Assembly: GCF_009914755.1 (NCBI RefSeq)
Contig: NC_060929.1
Direction: 5' to 3' (one strand)
Length of the DNA: 64,000 nt
Source of the DNA: the human T2T-CHM13v2.0 reference genome, Homo sapiens
Part shown: positions 61,826 through 64,000 of the stretch, piece by piece
Layout: the number at the start of each line of letters is the position of its first letter
Numbering within the stretch: the first letter of the stretch is position 1
The notes under the pieces: model-generated
The model's input: the letters and a program-made list of their open reading frames with translations, nothing else
Database searches by the model: none
What the model was told of the DNA's origin: nothing
Program-made: the position numbers and the translations under genes

Positions 61826-62290
61826 TGTCAAGCATGTCTGTGTGAAGAGAGTCCACCAACAGGCTTTGTGTGAGCAACAAGGCTGTATTTCACTTGGGGG
61901 CAAGTGGACTGAGTCCAGAAAGAGCATCAGCAAAGGGAGATGGGGTGGGGTAGTTTTATAGGACTGGGGTAAGCAGTGGAAAGTTACAGTTAAAGGTGGT
62001 TATCTATTGTCAGCAGAGGAGGGGGTCACAAGCTGCATGGTGGGGAGATCATGAGAATCATTTTCCAGAAGAAGAATGTCATGAGGTCGATCGATCAGTT
62101 GGGACAGGGCAGGAACAAGTCATAATGGAATGTCGTAAGGTTGGTCAATCAGTTAAGACAGGAGCTGGCTGTTTCACTTCTTTTGTAGTTTTGGGTTGCC
62201 CCAGACTTCTTGGCTCCTGCAGGCCACCTGGATGTATATGTGCAGGTTACCGGGATTACAATGGCTGAACTTTGGCTCAGAAGCCTGACA
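61826..62290 (-). mobile_element. LTR7(C-like) 5' LTR of HERV-H
   Basis: Direct repeat of 49658-50125; followed by TSD gtgag. Confidence 0.9.
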
Positions 62291-64000
62291 GTGAGTAAGT
62301 TTAATGAGGTGAGGAATCCTCTTGGGCTGACTTGTAGACCTATGCCCAACTTTAGCATTAAATCCTTCCCCAGTAAATTAATTCCTGCTTCAGGGATTAA
62401 CAAGAACTGAATATAAGTTGAGTGATCCTGGTATCTAACTTCTGTGCTTTATAATATTTTTGCTCTACATCCTTCCCCTTTAACCCCAGAGACTAAAAGT
62501 TCCTCTGAGGAGGAGACAACATTAGATGGGAGGAAACAAATAGAGGAGCGAGCAGCCCCTGAATCAACTAAAAAGATGATAAGCTCATGTTTAGGTCCCA
62601 CCTCCAAATTTATCAAGGGCTCCTGGTGGGACTCAAGATAAAAGAGACAGAGCCCCTGAGCCCCCTATTCTTCCTTGAAAGTCATGAGTGGAAGGGCTTC
62701 TTTCTCCTTTCTTAGTTCAGGACATCTCTTGAAGTGGCCTGTTCTTCCACATCTATAGCACCTATCTTGTGCTTCCTCCCCTTAATTCTGGGATTCTTTA
62801 ACCTTGCTCCCCCATACTCTTTAGGGGGGCTGGTAGACAAGGACCTTTATCCTCCAGATGGAGGCTGGGATCCTTTAAAAGAGGTTCGGACCCTTTATAG
62901 TTTCTGGCTCCCTGGAAGCTCTGTCTAGAAGTACCTGGGTTTGGAGCCATCTGTTGGAAGGTGAAAACCTAAGTTTTGTCTTTTCTTTCTGTTTTTCTTC
63001 ATCCTTTTTCATGTATACTTTCTGAGCTTCCCTGAGAAACTCATTTAGGGGGCAGTCTTCCCAATTGTCTATCTTTCGTAACTTTTTTGAAATGTCTGGC
63101 CAACTTTTAGTGACAAATTGGAGTTTTGACATTCCTTGCCCAAGGGGATCATCCAAACTGAGGCCTGCAGATTGCCTCATTTACTCCCTCAGTCTGTCTA
63201 GGCATCTCACAGGCACTTCATCCTTTTCCTGTTATATATCAAGTGCTTTAGAAAGATTTTGGGTTTGGGGTACTGATTCCCAAATTCCTTTTATTATCAT
63301 CTCCCTTAGGTCCTGCATATTTTCCTGGTGATCTGCATTGTTATTGTCCCACCAGGGGTCTCGGGCAGGGAATTTCTCGTCCGTGGTAGGAACATTTTCA
63401 CTGGGAGGGTCCTCACATTCCCAAACTACCATAGCAGCCCTAAGAATTATACTCCTTTCTTCCCCTGAAAAGAGGATGCCCAAGATGAACATTAACTCGA
63501 CCCAGGTATATAACTGAGGTCCTAAGAATTGGTCAATTTGGTCTGCCACTCCATAAGGGTTATCTAGTAGTGGTTTAAGCTCCTTTTAAAAATTCCAGAC
63601 TTCTGAACTGGTTAAGGGAGCATTTACAAAGCCAACGGCCCCCCCTCCTTGTGGTACCTCTTTCAAAGGGAAGAAGGTCGGGGCTGACCTCTTAGGTACA
63701 GAGGGAAATGGGAAATTCTGAATATCTTTTTTATATTGTTCTACCTCATGCTGGAGTCCTTTTAGAGAGGGGTATTTAGATTGGGAGGGAACAGGCTGGT
63801 GGGATGGTAATTACCAAGAGTCAGGGTTATAAGGAGGAGGGATAACATGAGTAGAGGGGGAATTTGGAACAGGATCTGAGGCAGCAGTGGCTGTCTGAGG
63901 GGAAAGATTGGGGACACTGAACAGGGGAAGGTAGTCTAGGGGATCCCATGTGCTGGAGTCTTTATGCATGAGAGCTGGCTCCTCTGACTTTTCATTTTGA
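62291..64000 (-). pseudogene. HERV-I internal region, 5' part: gag and protease (continues out of window)
   Basis: LVDSGAARS protease motif near 62560; CYRCGRTGHFKRC knuckle near 62740; capsid-like DQFLGPQLYTW. Confidence 0.88.

Overview
Mammalian (primate, almost certainly human) genomic DNA, not microbial. Left: the last two coding exons of the AMPK-related kinase gene NIM1K (+ strand, ends about 9.7 kb). Middle: a complete HMGCS1 gene (cytosolic HMG-CoA synthase, - strand). All nine coding exons were traced by hand and sum to 1563 nt (520 aa + stop); the gene also has a non-coding exon 1, the optional 59-nt 5'UTR exon and a CpG-island promoter with TATA, CCAAT, SRE and CRE motifs. Between the two convergent genes lies a very old, decayed ERV-L provirus inserted into an L2. 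Upstream of HMGCS1 (44-64 kb) is a nested retroelement stack: a HERV-I/LTR10-type provirus split in pro-pol by a HERV-H/LTR7-type provirus (5-bp TSD), which itself carries a full-length L1PA (with a short 3' transduction) and a 5'-truncated L1PA. I found no unknown protein-coding system. The best leads are regulatory: an LTR10 with four tandem AP-1 sites about 2.1 kb from the HMGCS1 TSS; inverted Alus framing HMGCS1 exon blocks that would give a stop-free 609-nt circle and an 899-nt circle; in-frame CUG/GUG starts in the optional exon; a CaaX box on NIM1K next to the mevalonate-pathway gene; and a short retroposed hairpin RNA. Repeat subfamily names are from recognition by eye, not from a database run.
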